Counted from the stretch's first letter, positions 16,510 to 31,525 are shown. The stretch: DNA of 64,000 bases from Escherichia coli (GCF_030013595.1 NZ_CP122768.1); one strand, 5' to 3'. The notes: generated by a model not told the origin, from the sequence alone. Made by a program: numbers and translations.

Positions 16510-16780
16510 GGTAGACAATATTACAAACCATATTCACTTTAGATGCCCGTGTTGTCATGGTTCCCAGTATAGAACATCATCTTTTGATGTTTCTGACATG
16601 AATCCTTTCGGGGCAAAATGTATCTTTTGTAAATCAATGATGATTACATTTGATAATATTTCACAATACTTAAATGCCAGCCGTCTGTCGTTGGATTTAA
16701 AAAAGTGAAAATGAAGGCTCCTTCGGGAGCTTTTTGGCTTGGTGTCTATTCGATGGATACTCACATACTACGGTAACATC

Positions 16781-17011
16781 ATGAAAAAAATCATAGTTTT
16801 TTTTAACTCTGAACCAGCAGTGGTAGTGCCAGCGATGACTGGAGTTAACACCATCATGCGTGAATATCCAAATGGCGAAAAAACACACCTTACTGTAATG
16901 GCCGCAGGGTTTCCATCTCTGACCGGAGATCATAAAGTCATTTATGTAGCCGCGGATCGACATGTTACTTCAGAAGAAATTCTGGAAGCAGCAATAAGGC
17001 TCTTGAGTTGA
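16781..17011 (+). CDS. Hypothetical 76-aa protein
   Basis: ATG at 16781 (MKKIIVFFNSEPAVVVPAMTGVN...); no recognised homolog. Confidence 0.3.
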   Translation: MKKIIVFFNSEPAVVVPAMTGVNTIMREYPNGEKTHLTVMAAGFPSLTGDHKVIYVAADRHVTSEEILEAAIRLLS

Positions 17012-17182
17012 TTTGATGCTATTGCATTGATAATTCAGGAAAATTCTCTTTGTCTGTTTGTGTAAAATTTAGACTATCGTATGTTGATTATTGCGATGTT
17101 TCATCTTATCTTTTACACGTTTGCACCATATAATCGACTTACTGTGTAACTGGAAAGTCATAACAGACTAAAAGAGGAAATG

Positions 17183-17356
17183 ATGAATATTGAAAACTTA
17201 AAAACAAAAGCAGAAGCAGATATTTCTGAATATATAACAAAAAAAATTATTGAACTTAAGAAAAAGACCGGGAAAGAAGTTACCAGTATTCAGTTTACCG
17301 CACGGGAAAAAATGACGGGTCTTGAAAGCTATGATGTCAAGATTAATTTAATCTGA
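17183..17356 (+). CDS. gnsB: GnsB-family small protein (57 aa)
   Basis: MNIENLKTKAEADISEYITKKIIELKKKTGKEVTSIQFTAREKMTGLESYDVKINLI after AAAGAGGAAA; below ORF-track cut-off. Confidence 0.7.
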   Translation: MNIENLKTKAEADISEYITKKIIELKKKTGKEVTSIQFTAREKMTGLESYDVKINLI

Positions 17357-17507
17357 TGTATTCAATAATAAAATTTATCCATAAACCTCGTTTTTACGGG
17401 GTTTTGTTATATTTGAATGGTTCCGAATATCTAAATCACAATTGTTGATGGTTTTTATTAAACCAATGCAGTCCGGCTCAGGAGTGAGAGAAGCCGGACG
17501 TTATGGT

Positions 17508-17918
17508 TTAGCGTGGTAAGATCTGTGTAGTTTTCTGGATGCTTTCAGTAAATAGTAATGAATTATCAAAGGTATAGTAATATCTTTTTTGTTCGTGGAT
17601 ATTTGTAACCCACCGAAAAACTCCTGCTTTAGCAAGGTTTCTTCTGTATTCCTGAAATGTGATCTCTCTGGATTTCAGCTTATTAGAGGTCGTTTCTATA
17701 AGATGCCTATCCTTTGAAAATTTGACAGACACAATGTTTTTTAGGCCCTTTAATAACACTGTATTATCATTTTTTAATACAATATGAACATTCTCTGTGG
17801 CTAAATAGTAAATGTAATGTGAGACATTGTGACGTTTTAGCTCAGAATAAAACCATTGATAGTTTAAATCGTTTCGAACTTTATCAAATATTTGTTTAAA
17901 AATGACTACCTGATCCAT
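17508..17918 (-). CDS. ydfO: YdfO-like DUF1398 protein
   Basis: 136 aa from [32 protein letters not shown]... Confidence 0.65.
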
Positions 17919-17975
17919 AGATAAACCTTCCATGTGATATGAGGGGGCGTAGTCTGCACGATTATCTAAATTGCT

Positions 17976-18209
17976 TCAATCTGGTCTGACCTGTTTTCTG
18001 AGCAATTCAGTAATGTCACTCTTTTCTTTGTTTGCTTCAGAAGAAACTCTTTTTTCTGAGCACAGTCTCCGGCGGCAGGCTTCAATGACCCAGGCTGAGA
18101 AATTCCCGGACCCTTTTTGCTCAAGAGCGATGTTAATTTGTTCAATCATTTGGTTAGGAAAGCGGATGTTGCGGGTTGTTGTTCTGCGGGTTCTGTTCTT
18201 CGTTGACAT
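17976..18209 (-). CDS. Small ribbon-helix-helix-like protein (YnfO-like), 77 aa
   Basis: MSTKNRTRRTTTRNIRFPNQMIEQINIALEQKGSGNFSAWVIEACRRRL...; basic N-terminus. Confidence 0.5.
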   Translation of the reverse strand: MSTKNRTRRTTTRNIRFPNQMIEQINIALEQKGSGNFSAWVIEACRRRLCSEKRVSSEANKEKSDITELLRKQVRPD

Positions 18210-18379
18210 GAGGTTGTCCCGTATTCAGTGTCGCTGATTTGTATTGTCTGAAGTTGTTTTTACGTTAAGTTGATGCAGATCAATTAATACGATATCTGCG
18301 TCATAATTGATTATTTGACGTGGTTTGATGGCGTAGATGCACGTTGTGACATGCAGATGATAATTATTATCATTTTGCG

Positions 18380-18597
18380 GGTCCTTTCCGGCGATCCGAC
18401 AGGTTACGGGGCGGCGACCTCGCGGGTTTTCGCTATTTATGAAAATTTTCCGGTTTAAGGCGTTTCCGTTCTTCTTCGTTGTAACTTAATGTTTTTATTT
18501 AAAATACCCCCTGAAAAGAAAGGAAACGACAGGTGCTGAAAACGAGCTTTTGGGCCTCTGTCGTTTCCTTTCTCTGTTTTTGGCCGTGGAATGAACA
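18380..18597 (+). other. Phage cos site (cosQ-cosN-cosB); 12-nt cohesive end GGGCGGCGACCT at 18409..18420
   Basis: Sequence GTTACGGGGCGGCGACCTCGCGGGTTTTCGCTATTTATGAAAATTTTCCGGTTTAAGGCG matches the lambda genome termini from memory; directly upstream of Nu1. Confidence 0.85.
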
Positions 18598-19117
18598 ATG
18601 GAAGTCAACAAAAAGCAGCTGGCTGACATTTTCGGTGCGAGTATCCGTACCATTCAGAACTGGCAGGAACAGGGAATGCCCGTTCTGCGAGGCGGTGGCA
18701 AGGGTAATGAGGTGCTTTATGACTCTGCCGCCGTCATAAAATGGTATGCCGAAAGGGATGCTGAAATTGAGAACGAAAAGCTGCGCCGGGAAGTTGAAGA
18801 ACTGCGGCTGGCCAGCGAGACAGATCTCCAGCCAGGGACTATTGAGTACGAACGCCATCGACTTACGCGTGCGCAGGCCGACGCACAGGAGCTGAAAAAT
18901 GCCAGAGACTCCGCTGAAGTGGTGGAAACCGCATTCTGTACTTTCGTGCTGTCGCGGATCGCAGGTGAAATTGCCAGTATTCTCGACGGGATCCCCCTGT
19001 CGGTGCAGCGGCGTTTTCCGGAACTGGAAAACCGACATGTTGATTTCCTGAAACGGGATATCATCAAAGCCATGAACAAAGCAGCCGCGCTGGATGAACT
19101 GATACCGGGGTTGCTGA

Positions 19118-19143
<26 letters not shown>
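18598..19143 (+). CDS. nu1: Terminase small subunit Nu1
   Basis: 181 aa MEVNKKQLADIFGASIRTIQNWQEQGMPVLRGGGKGNEVLYD..., near-identical to lambda Nu1. Confidence 0.9.
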
Positions 19144-22824
<3,681 letters not shown>

Positions 22825-22844
<20 letters not shown>

Positions 22845-24144
22845 TCTCCCGCATATTGCCAGCATGGCCTTTAATGAGCCGCTGATGCTTGAACCCGCCT
22901 ATGCGCGGGTTTTCTTTTGTGCGCTTGCAGGCCAGCTTGGGATCAGCCGCCTGACGGATGCGGTGTCCGGCGACAGCCTGACTGCCCAGGAGGCACCCGC
23001 GACGCTGGCATTATCCGGTGATGATGACGGACCACGACAGGCCCGCAGTTATCAGGTCATGAACGGCATCGCCGTGCTGCCGGTGTCCGGCACGCTGGTC
23101 AGCCGGACGCGGGCGCTGCAGCCGTACTCGGGGATGACCGGTTACAACGGCATTATCGCCCGTCTGCAACAGGCTGCCAGCGACCCGATGGTGGACGGCA
23201 TTCTGCTCGATATGGACACACCGGGCGGAATGGTGGCGGGAGCATTTGACTGCGCTGACATCATCGCCCGTGTGCGTGACATAAAGCCGGTATGGGCGCT
23301 GGCCAACGACATGAACTGCAGTGCAGGTCAGCTGCTTGCCAGTGCCGCCTCCCGGCGTCTGGTCACGCAGACCGCACGGACAGGCTCCATCGGCGTCATG
23401 ATGGCTCACAGTAATTACGGCGCTGCGCTGGAGAAACAGGGCGTGGAAATCACGCTGATTTACAGCGGCAGCCATAAGGTGGATGGCAACCCCTACAGCC
23501 ATCTTCCGGATGACGTCCGGGAGACACTGCAGTCCCGGATGGATGCAACCCGCCGGATGTTTGCGCAGAAGGTGTCGGCATATACCGGCCTGTCCGTGCA
23601 GGCTGTGCTGGATACCGAGGCTGCAGTGTACAGCGGTCAGGAGGCCATTGATGCCGGACTGGCTGATGAACTTGTCAACAGCACCGATGCGATCACCGTT
23701 ATGCGTGATGCACTGGATGCACGTAAATCCCGTCTCTCAGGAGGGCGAATGACCAAAGAGACTCAATCAACAACTGTTTCAGCCACTGCTTCGCAGGCTG
23801 ACGTTACTGACGTGGTGCCAGCGACGGAGGGCGAAAACGCCAGCGCGGCGCAGCCGGACGTGAACGCGCAGATCACCGCTGCGGTTGCGGCAGAAAACAG
23901 CCGCATTATGGGGATCCTCAACTGTGTGGAGGCTCACGGACGCGAAGAACAGGCCCGCGTGCTGGCAGAAACCCCCGGTATGACCGTGGAAACGGCCCGC
24001 CGCATTCTGGCCGCAGCACCACAGAGTGCACAGGCGCGCAGTGACACTGCGCTGGATCGTCTGATGCAGGGGGCACCGGCACCGCTGGCTGCAGGTAACC
24101 CGGCATCTGATGCCGTTAACGATTTGCTGAACACACCAGTGTAA
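22825..24144 (+). CDS. C: Capsid assembly protease C
   Basis: GTG after AGGAGGAG gives 439 aa MTAELRNLPHIASMAFNEPLMLEP..., lambda gpC. Confidence 0.9.
23749..24144 (+). CDS. nu3: Scaffold protein Nu3 (in-frame internal start within C)
   Basis: Internal ATG in the C frame giving MTKETQSTTVSATASQADVTDVV... as in lambda Nu3. Confidence 0.7.
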   Translation: MTKETQSTTVSATASQADVTDVVPATEGENASAAQPDVNAQITAAVAAENSRIMGILNCVEAHGREEQARVLAETPGMTVETARRILAAAPQSAQARSDTALDRLMQGAPAPLAAGNPASDAVNDLLNTPV

Positions 24145-24153
24145 GGGATGTTT

Positions 24154-24486
24154 ATGACGAGCAAAGAAACCTTTACCCATTACCAGCCGCTGGGCAACAG
24201 TGACCCGGCTCATACCGCAACCGCGCCCGGCGGATTGAGTGCGAAAGCGCCTGCAATGACCCCGCTGATGCTGGACACCTCCACCCGTAAGCTGGTTGCG
24301 TGGGATGGCACCACCGACGGTGCTGCCGTTGGCATTCTGGCGGTTGCTGCTGACCAGACCAGCACCACACTGATGTTCTACAAGTCCGGCACGTTCCGTT
24401 ATGAGGATGTGCTCTGGCCGGAGGCTGCCAGCGACGAGACGAAAAAACGGACCGCGTTTGCCGGAACGGCAATCAGCATCGTTTAA
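24154..24486 (+). CDS. D: Head decoration protein D
   Basis: [33 protein letters not shown]..., lambda gpD. Confidence 0.9.
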   Translation: MTSKETFTHYQPLGNSDPAHTATAPGGLSAKAPAMTPLMLDTSTRKLVAWDGTTDGAAVGILAVAADQTSTTLMFYKSGTFRYEDVLWPEAASDETKKRTAFAGTAISIV

Positions 24487-24541
24487 CCTTACCCTTCATC
24501 ACTAAAGGCCGCCTGTGCGGCTTTTTTTATGGGATTTTTTT

Positions 24542-25567
24542 ATGTCGATGTACACAACCGCCCAGCTGCTGGCGGCAAATGAGAAGAAATTTAAGTTTGA
24601 TCCGCTGTTTCTGCGTCTCTTTTTCCGTGAGAGCTATCCCTTCACCACGGAGAAAGTCTATCTCTCACAAATTCCGGGACTGGTAAACATGGCGCTGTAC
24701 GTTTCGCCGATTGTTTCCGGTGAGGTTATCCGCTCCCGTGGCGGCTCCACCTCTGAATTTACACCGGGATATGTCAAGCCGAAGCATGAGGTGAATCCGC
24801 AGATGACCCTGCGTCGCCTGCCGGATGAAGATCCGCAGAATCTGGCGGACCCGGCTTACCGCCGCCGTCGCATCATCATGCAGAACATGCGAGACGAAGA
24901 GCTGGCCATTGCTCAGGTCGAAGAGATGCAGGCAGTTTCTGCTGTGCTTAAGGGCAAATACACCATGACCGGTGAAGCCTTCGATCCGGTTGAGGTGGAT
25001 ATGGGCCGCAGTGCGGCGAACAACATCACACAGTCCGGTGGTACGGAGTGGAGCAAGCGTGACAAGTCCACGTATGACCCGACCGACGATATCGAAGCCT
25101 ATGCGCTGAACGCCAGCGGAGTGGTGAATATCATCGTGTTTGATCCGAAAGGCTGGGCGCTGTTCCGTTCCTTCAAAGCCGTCAGGGAGAAGCTGGATAC
25201 CCGTCGCGGCTCTCATTCCGAGCTGGAGACAGCGGTAAAAGACCTGGGCGAAGCGGTGTCCTATAAGGGGATGTATGGCGATACGGCGATCGTCGTGTAT
25301 TCCGGACAGTACGTGGAAAACGACGTCAAAAAGAACTTCCTTCCGGACAACACGATGGTGCTGGGGAACACTCAGGCACGCGGTCTGCGCACCTATGGCT
25401 GCATTCAGGATGCGGACGCACAGCGCGAAGGTATTAACGCCTCTGCCCGCTACCCGAAAAACTGGGTGACCACCGGCGATCCGGCGCGTGAGTTCACCAT
25501 GATTCAGTCAGCACCGCTGATGCTGCTGGCTGACCCTGATGCGTTCGTGTCCGTACAACTGGCGTAA
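24542..25567 (+). CDS. E: Major capsid protein E
   Basis: 341 aa MSMYTTAQLLAANEKKFKFDPLFLRLFFRESYPFTTEKVYL..., lambda gpE. Confidence 0.95.
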   Translation: MSMYTTAQLLAANEKKFKFDPLFLRLFFRESYPFTTEKVYLSQIPGLVNMALYVSPIVSGEVIRSRGGSTSEFTPGYVKPKHEVNPQMTLRRLPDEDPQNLADPAYRRRRIIMQNMRDEELAIAQVEEMQAVSAVLKGKYTMTGEAFDPVEVDMGRSAANNITQSGGTEWSKRDKSTYDPTDDIEAYALNASGVVNIIVFDPKGWALFRSFKAVREKLDTRRGSHSELETAVKDLGEAVSYKGMYGDTAIVVYSGQYVENDVKKNFLPDNTMVLGNTQARGLRTYGCIQDADAQREGINASARYPKNWVTTGDPAREFTMIQSAPLMLLADPDAFVSVQLA

Positions 25568-25608
25568 TCATGGCCCTTCGGGGCCATTTTCTCTCTGTGG
25601 AGGAGTCC

Positions 25609-26004
25609 ATGACGAAAGATGAACTGATTGCCCGTCTTCAGGTGCTGGGTGAGCAACTGAACCGTGATGTCAGCCTGACGGGGACGAAAGAAGAACTGGT
25701 GCTCCGTGTGGCAGAGCTGGAAGAGGAGCTTGATGACACGGATGACGCTGCCGGTCAGGACACATCTGTCAGCCCGGAAAATGCGCTGACCGGACATGAA
25801 AATGAGGTGGTATCAGCGCAGCCGGATACCGTGACTGATACGGCTGATCTGGTCACGGTTGTGGCACTGGTGACGCTGCATACTGATGCACTTCACGCCA
25901 CGCGGGATGAGGCTGTGGCATTTGTGCTGCCGGGAACGGCGTTCCGTGTCTCTGCCGGTGTGTCAGCTGAAATGACAGAGCGCGGCCTGGCCAGAATGCA
26001 ATAA
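25609..26004 (+). CDS. FI: DNA packaging protein FI
   Basis: MTKDELIARLQVLGEQLNRDVSLTGTKEELVLRVAELEEEL..., lambda gpFI. Confidence 0.85.
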   Translation: MTKDELIARLQVLGEQLNRDVSLTGTKEELVLRVAELEEELDDTDDAAGQDTSVSPENALTGHENEVVSAQPDTVTDTADLVTVVALVTLHTDALHATRDEAVAFVLPGTAFRVSAGVSAEMTERGLARMQ

Positions 26005-26015
26005 CGGGAGGCGCT

Positions 26016-26369
26016 GTGGCTGATTTCGATAACCTGTTCGATGCTGCCATTGCCCGCGCCGATGAAACGATACGCGGGTACATGGGAACGTCAGCCACCA
26101 TGACATCCGGTGAGCAGTCCGGTGCTGTGATACGTGGTGTTTTTGATGACCCTGAAAATATCAGCTATGCCGGACAGGGCGTGCGCGTTGAAGGCTCCAG
26201 CCCGTCCCTGTTTGTCCGGACTGATGATGTGCGGCAGCTGCGGCGCGGCGACACGCTGACCATCGGTGAGGAAAACTTCTGGATAGACCGGATTTCGCCG
26301 GATGATGGCGGAAGCTGTCATCTCTGGCTTGGGCGGGGCGTACCGCCTGCCGTTAACCGTCGCCGCTGA
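26016..26369 (+). CDS. FII: Head-tail connector FII
   Basis: 117 aa MADFDNLFDAAIARADETIRGYMGTSA..., lambda gpFII. Confidence 0.9.
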   Translation: MADFDNLFDAAIARADETIRGYMGTSATMTSGEQSGAVIRGVFDDPENISYAGQGVRVEGSSPSLFVRTDDVRQLRRGDTLTIGEENFWIDRISPDDGGSCHLWLGRGVPPAVNRRR

Positions 26370-26380
26370 AAGGGGGATGT

Positions 26381-26959
26381 ATGGCCATAAAAGGTCTTGA
26401 GCAGGCCGTTGAAAACCTCAGCCGTATCAGCAGAACGGCGGTGCCCGGTGCCGCCGCAATGGCCATTAACCGCGTTGCTTCATCCGCGATATCGCAGTCG
26501 GCGTCACAGGTTGCCCGTGAGACAAAGGTACGCCGGAAACTGGTAAAGGAAAGGGCCAGGCTGAAAAGGGCCACGGTCAAAAATCCGCAGGCCAGAATCA
26601 GGGTTAACCGGGGGGATTTGCCCGTAATAAAGCTGGGTAACGCGCGGATTGTCCTGTCCCGACGCAGGCGTCGTAAAAAGGGGCAGCGTTCAGCCCTGAA
26701 AGGTGGCGGCAGCGTGCTTGTGGTGGGAAACCGTCGTATTCCCGGCGCGTTTATTCAGCAACTGAAAAATGGCCGCTGGCATGTCATGCAGCGTGTGGCC
26801 GGGAAAAATCGTTACCCCATTGATGTGGTGAAAATCCCGATGGCGGTGCCGCTGACCACGGCGTTTAAACAGAATATTGAGCGGATACGGCGTGAGCGTC
26901 TTCCGAAAGAGCTGGGCTATGCGCTGCAGCATCAACTGAGGATGGTAATAAAGCGATGA
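26381..26959 (+). CDS. Z: Tail completion protein Z
   Basis: 192 aa, lambda gpZ-like. Confidence 0.9.
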   Translation: MAIKGLEQAVENLSRISRTAVPGAAAMAINRVASSAISQSASQVARETKVRRKLVKERARLKRATVKNPQARIRVNRGDLPVIKLGNARIVLSRRRRRKKGQRSALKGGGSVLVVGNRRIPGAFIQQLKNGRWHVMQRVAGKNRYPIDVVKIPMAVPLTTAFKQNIERIRRERLPKELGYALQHQLRMVIKR

Positions 26960-27351
26960 AACATACTGAACTCCGAGCAGCCGTACTGGATGCACTGGAG
27001 AAGCATGACACCGGGGCGACGCTTTTTGATGGTCGCCCCGCTGTTTTTGATGAGGAAGATTTTCCGGCAATTGCCGTTTATCTCACCGGCGCTGAATACA
27101 CGGGCGAAGAGCTGGACAGCGATACCTGGCAGGCGGAGCTGCATATTGAAGTTTTCCTGCCTGCTCAGGTGCCGGATTCAGAGCTGGATGCGTGGATGGA
27201 GTCCCGGATTTATCCGGTGATGAGTGATATCCCGGCACTGTCAGATTTGATCACCAGTATGGTGACCAGCGGCTATGACTATCGGCGCGACGATGATGCG
27301 GGCCTGTGGAGTTCAGCCGATCTGACTTATGTCATTACCTATGAAATGTGA
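26956..27351 (+). CDS. U: Tail terminator protein U
   Basis: 131 aa, lambda gpU-like. Confidence 0.9.
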   Translation: MKHTELRAAVLDALEKHDTGATLFDGRPAVFDEEDFPAIAVYLTGAEYTGEELDSDTWQAELHIEVFLPAQVPDSELDAWMESRIYPVMSDIPALSDLITSMVTSGYDYRRDDDAGLWSSADLTYVITYEM

Positions 27352-27358
27352 GGACGCT

Positions 27359-28099
27359 ATGCCTGTACCAAATCCTGTAATGCCGGTGAAAGGGGCCGGG
27401 ACCACCCTGTGGGTTTATAAGGGGAGTGGTGACCCTTATGCGAATCCGCTTTCAGACGTTGACTGGTCGCGTCTGGCAAAAGTTAAAGACCTGACGCCCG
27501 GCGAACTGACCGCTGAGTCTTATGACGACAGCTATCTCGATGATGAAGATGCAGACTGGACTGCGACCGGGCAGGGGCAGAAATCTGCCGGAGATACCAG
27601 CTTCACGCTGGCGTGGATGCCCGGAGAGCAGGGGCAGCAGGCGCTGCTGGCGTGGTTTAATGAAGGCGATACCCGTGCCTATAAAATCCGCTTCCCGAAC
27701 GGCACGGTCGATGTGTTCCGTGGCTGGGTCAGCAGTATCGGTAAGGCGGTGACGGCGAAGGAAGTGATTACCCGCACGGTGAAGGTCACCAATGTGGGAC
27801 GTCCGTCGATGGCAGAAGATCGCAGCACGGTGACGGCGACAACCGGCATGACGGTGACACCCGCCAGTGCTTCCGTAGTGAAAGGGCAGAGCACCACGCT
27901 GACCGTGGCATTCCAGCCGGATGGCGCAACCGACAAGAGCTTCCGTGCGGTGTCTGCGGATAAAACAAAAGCCACCGTGTCGGTCAGTGGTATGACCATC
28001 ACCGTGAAAGGTGTTGCTGCAGGCAAGGTCAACATTCCGGTCGTATCCGGTAATGGTGAGTTTGCTGCGGTTGCAGAAATCAACGTCACCGCCAGTTAA
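27359..28099 (+). CDS. V: Major tail protein V
   Basis: [45 protein letters not shown]..., lambda gpV with C-terminal Ig-like domain. Confidence 0.9.
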   Translation: MPVPNPVMPVKGAGTTLWVYKGSGDPYANPLSDVDWSRLAKVKDLTPGELTAESYDDSYLDDEDADWTATGQGQKSAGDTSFTLAWMPGEQGQQALLAWFNEGDTRAYKIRFPNGTVDVFRGWVSSIGKAVTAKEVITRTVKVTNVGRPSMAEDRSTVTATTGMTVTPASASVVKGQSTTLTVAFQPDGATDKSFRAVSADKTKATVSVSGMTITVKGVAAGKVNIPVVSGNGEFAAVAEINVTAS

Positions 28100-28114
28100 T
28101 CCGGAGAGTCAGCG

Positions 28115-28537
28115 ATGTTCCTGAAAACCGAATCATTTGAACATAACGGTGTGACCGTCACGCTTTCTGAACTGTCAGCCCTGCAGCGTATTGAGCATCT
28201 CGCCCTGATGAAACGGCAGGCAGAACAGGCGGAGTCAGACAGCAACCGGAAGTTTACTGTGGAAGACGCCATCAGAACCGGTGCTTTTGTGGTGGCGATG
28301 TCCCTGTGGCATAACCATCCGCAGAAGACAAAGCTGCCTTCCATGAATGAAGCCGTTAAACAGATTGAGCAGGAAGTGCTTACCACCTGGCCCACAGAGG
28401 CAATTTCTCATGCTGAAAACGTGGTGTACCGGCTGTCCGGTATGTATGAGTTTGTGGTGAATGATGCTCCTGAACAGGCAGAGGACGCCGGGCCTGCAGA
28501 GCCTGTTTCTGCGGGAAAGTGTTCGACGGTGAGCTGA
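28115..28537 (+). CDS. G: Tail assembly chaperone G
   Basis: 140 aa MFLKTESFEHNGVTVTLSELSALQRIEHLALMKRQAEQ..., lambda gpG. Confidence 0.9.
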   Translation: MFLKTESFEHNGVTVTLSELSALQRIEHLALMKRQAEQAESDSNRKFTVEDAIRTGAFVVAMSLWHNHPQKTKLPSMNEAVKQIEQEVLTTWPTEAISHAENVVYRLSGMYEFVVNDAPEQAEDAGPAEPVSAGKCSTVS

Positions 28538-28953
28538 GTTTTGCCCTGAAACTGGCGCGTGAGATGGGGCGACCCGACTGGCGCGCCATGCTTGCCGGGA
28601 TGTCATCCACGGAGTATGCCGACTGGCACCGCTTTTACAGTACCCATTATTTTCATGATGTTCTGCTGGATATGCACTTTTCCGGGCTGACGTACACCGT
28701 GCTCAGCCTGTTTTTCAGCGATCCGGAGATGCATCCGCTGGATTTCAGTCTGCTGAACCGGCGCGAGGCTGACGAAGAGCCTGAAGATGATGTGCTGATG
28801 CAGAAAGCGGCAGGGCTTGCCGGAGGCGTTCGTTTTGGCCCGGACGGGAATGAAGTTATCCCCGCTTCCCCGGATGTGGCGGACATGACGGAGGATGACG
28901 TAATGCTGATGACAGTATCAGAAGGGATCGCAGGAGGAGTCCGGTATGGCTGA
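28115..28953 (+). CDS. T: Tail assembly protein G-T, made by programmed -1 frameshift at G GGA AAG (28513..28519)
   Basis: Slippery heptamer GGGAAAG near the end of G; the -1 frame continues as VFDGELSFALKLAREMGRPDW... to 28953. Confidence 0.75.
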
Positions 28954-31525
28954 ACCGGTAGGCGATCTGGTCGTTGATTTAAGTCTGGATGCGGCCAGAT
29001 TTGACGAGCAGATGGCCAGAGTCAGGCGTCATTTTTCCGGTACGGAAATTGATGCGAAAAAAACAGCGGCAGTCGTTGAACAGTCGCTGAGCCGACAGGC
29101 GCTGGCTGCACAGAAAGCGGGGATTTCCGTCGGGCAGTATAAAGCCGCCATGCGTATGCTGCCTGCACAGTTCACCGACGTGGCCACGCAGCTTGCAGGC
29201 GGGCAAAGCCCGTGGCTGATCCTGCTGCAACAGGGTGGTCAGGTTAAGGACTCCTTCGGCGGGATGATCCCCATGTTCAGGGGGCTTGCCGGTGCGATCA
29301 CCCTGCCGATGGTGGGGGCCACCTCGCTGGCGGTGGCGACCGGTGCGCTGGCGTATGCCTGGTATCAGGGCAACTCAACCCTGTCCGATTTCAACAAAAC
29401 GCTGGTCCTTTCCGGCAATCAGGCGGGACTGACGGCAGATCGTATGCTGGTCCTGTCCAGAGCCGGGCAGGCGGCAGGGCTGACGTTTAACCAGACCAGC
29501 GAGTCACTGACGGCGCTGGTGAATGCCGGTGTGCGTGGTGGTGAGCAGTTTGAGGCGATCAGCCAGAGTGTGGCGCGTTTCTCCTCTGCATCCGGCGTGG
29601 AGGTGGACAAGGTCGCTGAAGCCTTCGGGAAGCTGACCACAGACCCGACGTCGGGACTGACAGCGATGGCACGTCAGTTCCATAACGTGACGGCGGAGCA
29701 GATTGCGTATGTTGCTCAGTTGCAGCGTTCCGGAGATGAAGCCGGGGCATTGCAGGCGGCGAACGAGGCCGCAACGAAAGGGTTTGATGACCAGACCCGC
29801 CGCCTGAAAGAGAACATGGGCACGCTGGAGACCTGGGCAGACAGGACAGCACGGGCATTCAAATCCATGTGGGATTCGGTGCTGGATATTGGTCGCCCGG
29901 ACACTGCCCAGGGAATGCTGGAGAAAGCAGAAAAGGCTTTTGATGAGGCGGACAAAAAATGGCAGTGGTATCAGAGCCGGAGCCACCGGCGCGGTAAAAC
30001 CTCAGCATTTCTTGCCAATCTCCGGGGAGCATGGGAGGACAGAGCGAATGCGCAACTTGGGCTTTCAGCCGCCACGTTGCAGGCCGATCTTGAAAAGGCC
30101 AGAGAGATGGCAGCAAAGGACTGGGCCGAGTCTGAGGCATCACGGCTGAAATATACCGAAGAGGCGCAGAAGGCTTACGAACGCCTGCAGACGCCGCTGG
30201 AGAAATATACCGCCCGTCAGGAAGAACTGAACAAGGCACTGAAGGACGGGAAAATTCTGCAGGCAGATTACAACACGCTGATGGCGGCGGCGAAAAAGGA
30301 CTATGAAGCGACGCTGAAAAAGCCGAAACAGTCCGGCGTGAAGGTGTCTGCGGGCGATCGTCAGGAAGACAGTGCTCATGCTGCCCTGCTGACGCTTCAG
30401 GCAGAACTCCGGACGCTGGAGAAGCATGCCGGAGCAAATGAGAAAATCAGCCAGCAGCGCCGGGATTTGTGGAAGGCGGAGAGTCAGTTCGCGGTACTGG
30501 AGGAGGCGGCGCAACGTCGCCAGCTGTCTGCACAGGAGAAATCCCTGCTGGCGCATAAAGATGAGACGCTGGAGTACAAACGCCAGCTGGCTGCACTTGG
30601 CGACAAGGTTACGTATCAGGAGCGCCTGAACGCGCTGGCGCAGCAGGCGGATAAATTCGCACAGCAGCAACGGGCAAAACGGGCCGCTATTGATGCGAAA
30701 AGCCGGGGGCTGACTGACCGGCAGGCAGAACGGGAAGCCACGGAACAGCGCCTGAAGGAACAGTATGGCGATAATCCTCTGGCGCTGAATAACGTCATGT
30801 CAGAGCAGAAAAAGACCTGGGCGGCTGAAGACCTGCTTCGCGGGAACTGGATGGCAGGCCTCAGGTCCGGCTGGAGCGAGTGGAAAGAGAGTGCCACGGA
30901 CAGTATGTCGCAGGTTAAAAGTGCAGCCACGCAGACCTTTGATGGTATTGCGCAGAATATGGCGGCGATGCTGACCGGCAGTGAACAGAACTGGCGCAGC
31001 TTCACCCGCTCCGTGCTGTCCATGATGACAGAAATTCTGCTTAAGCAGGCAATGGTGGGGATTGTCGGGAGTATCGGCAGCGCTATTGGCGGGGCTGTTG
31101 GTGGCGGCGCATCCGCGTCAGGCGGTACAGCCATTCAGGCCGCTGCGGCGAAATTCCATTTTGCAACCGGAGGATTTACGGGAACCGGCGGCAAATATGA
31201 GCCAGCGGGGATTGTTCACCGTGGTGAATTTGTCTTCACAAAGGAGGCAACCAGCCGGATTGGCGTGGGGAATCTCTACCGGCTGATGCGCGGCTATGCC
31301 ACCGGTGGTTATGTCGGTACACCGGGCAGTCTGGCTGACAGCCGGTCGCAGGCGTCCGGGACGTTTGAGCAGAATAACCATGTGGTGATTAACAACGACG
31401 GCACGAACGGGCAGATAGGTCCGGCTGCTCTGAAGGCGGTGTATGACATGGCCCGCAAGGGTGCCCGTGATGAAATTCAGACACAGATGCGTGATGGTGG
31501 ACTGTTCTCCGGAGGTGGACGATGA
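28946..31525 (+). CDS. H: Tail tape measure protein H
   Basis: 859 aa, lambda gpH-like. Confidence 0.95.
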   Translation: MAEPVGDLVVDLSLDAARFDEQMARVRRHFSGTEIDAKKTAAVVEQSLSRQALAAQKAGISVGQYKAAMRMLPAQFTDVATQLAGGQSPWLILLQQGGQVKDSFGGMIPMFRGLAGAITLPMVGATSLAVATGALAYAWYQGNSTLSDFNKTLVLSGNQAGLTADRMLVLSRAGQAAGLTFNQTSESLTALVNAGVRGGEQFEAISQSVARFSSASGVEVDKVAEAFGKLTTDPTSGLTAMARQFHNVTAEQIAYVAQLQRSGDEAGALQAANEAATKGFDDQTRRLKENMGTLETWADRTARAFKSMWDSVLDIGRPDTAQGMLEKAEKAFDEADKKWQWYQSRSHRRGKTSAFLANLRGAWEDRANAQLGLSAATLQADLEKAREMAAKDWAESEASRLKYTEEAQKAYERLQTPLEKYTARQEELNKALKDGKILQADYNTLMAAAKKDYEATLKKPKQSGVKVSAGDRQEDSAHAALLTLQAELRTLEKHAGANEKISQQRRDLWKAESQFAVLEEAAQRRQLSAQEKSLLAHKDETLEYKRQLAALGDKVTYQERLNALAQQADKFAQQQRAKRAAIDAKSRGLTDRQAEREATEQRLKEQYGDNPLALNNVMSEQKKTWAAEDLLRGNWMAGLRSGWSEWKESATDSMSQVKSAATQTFDGIAQNMAAMLTGSEQNWRSFTRSVLSMMTEILLKQAMVGIVGSIGSAIGGAVGGGASASGGTAIQAAAAKFHFATGGFTGTGGKYEPAGIVHRGEFVFTKEATSRIGVGNLYRLMRGYATGGYVGTPGSLADSRSQASGTFEQNNHVVINNDGTNGQIGPAALKAVYDMARKGARDEIQTQMRDGGLFSGGGR

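Noticed and set aside
16517-16700. Possible ynfN-like zinc-finger small gene after cspI
   Set aside because: The reading frame containing CPCCHG..CIFC has no in-frame start codon upstream; only a 36-aa ATG-initiated version is possible, too uncertain to call.
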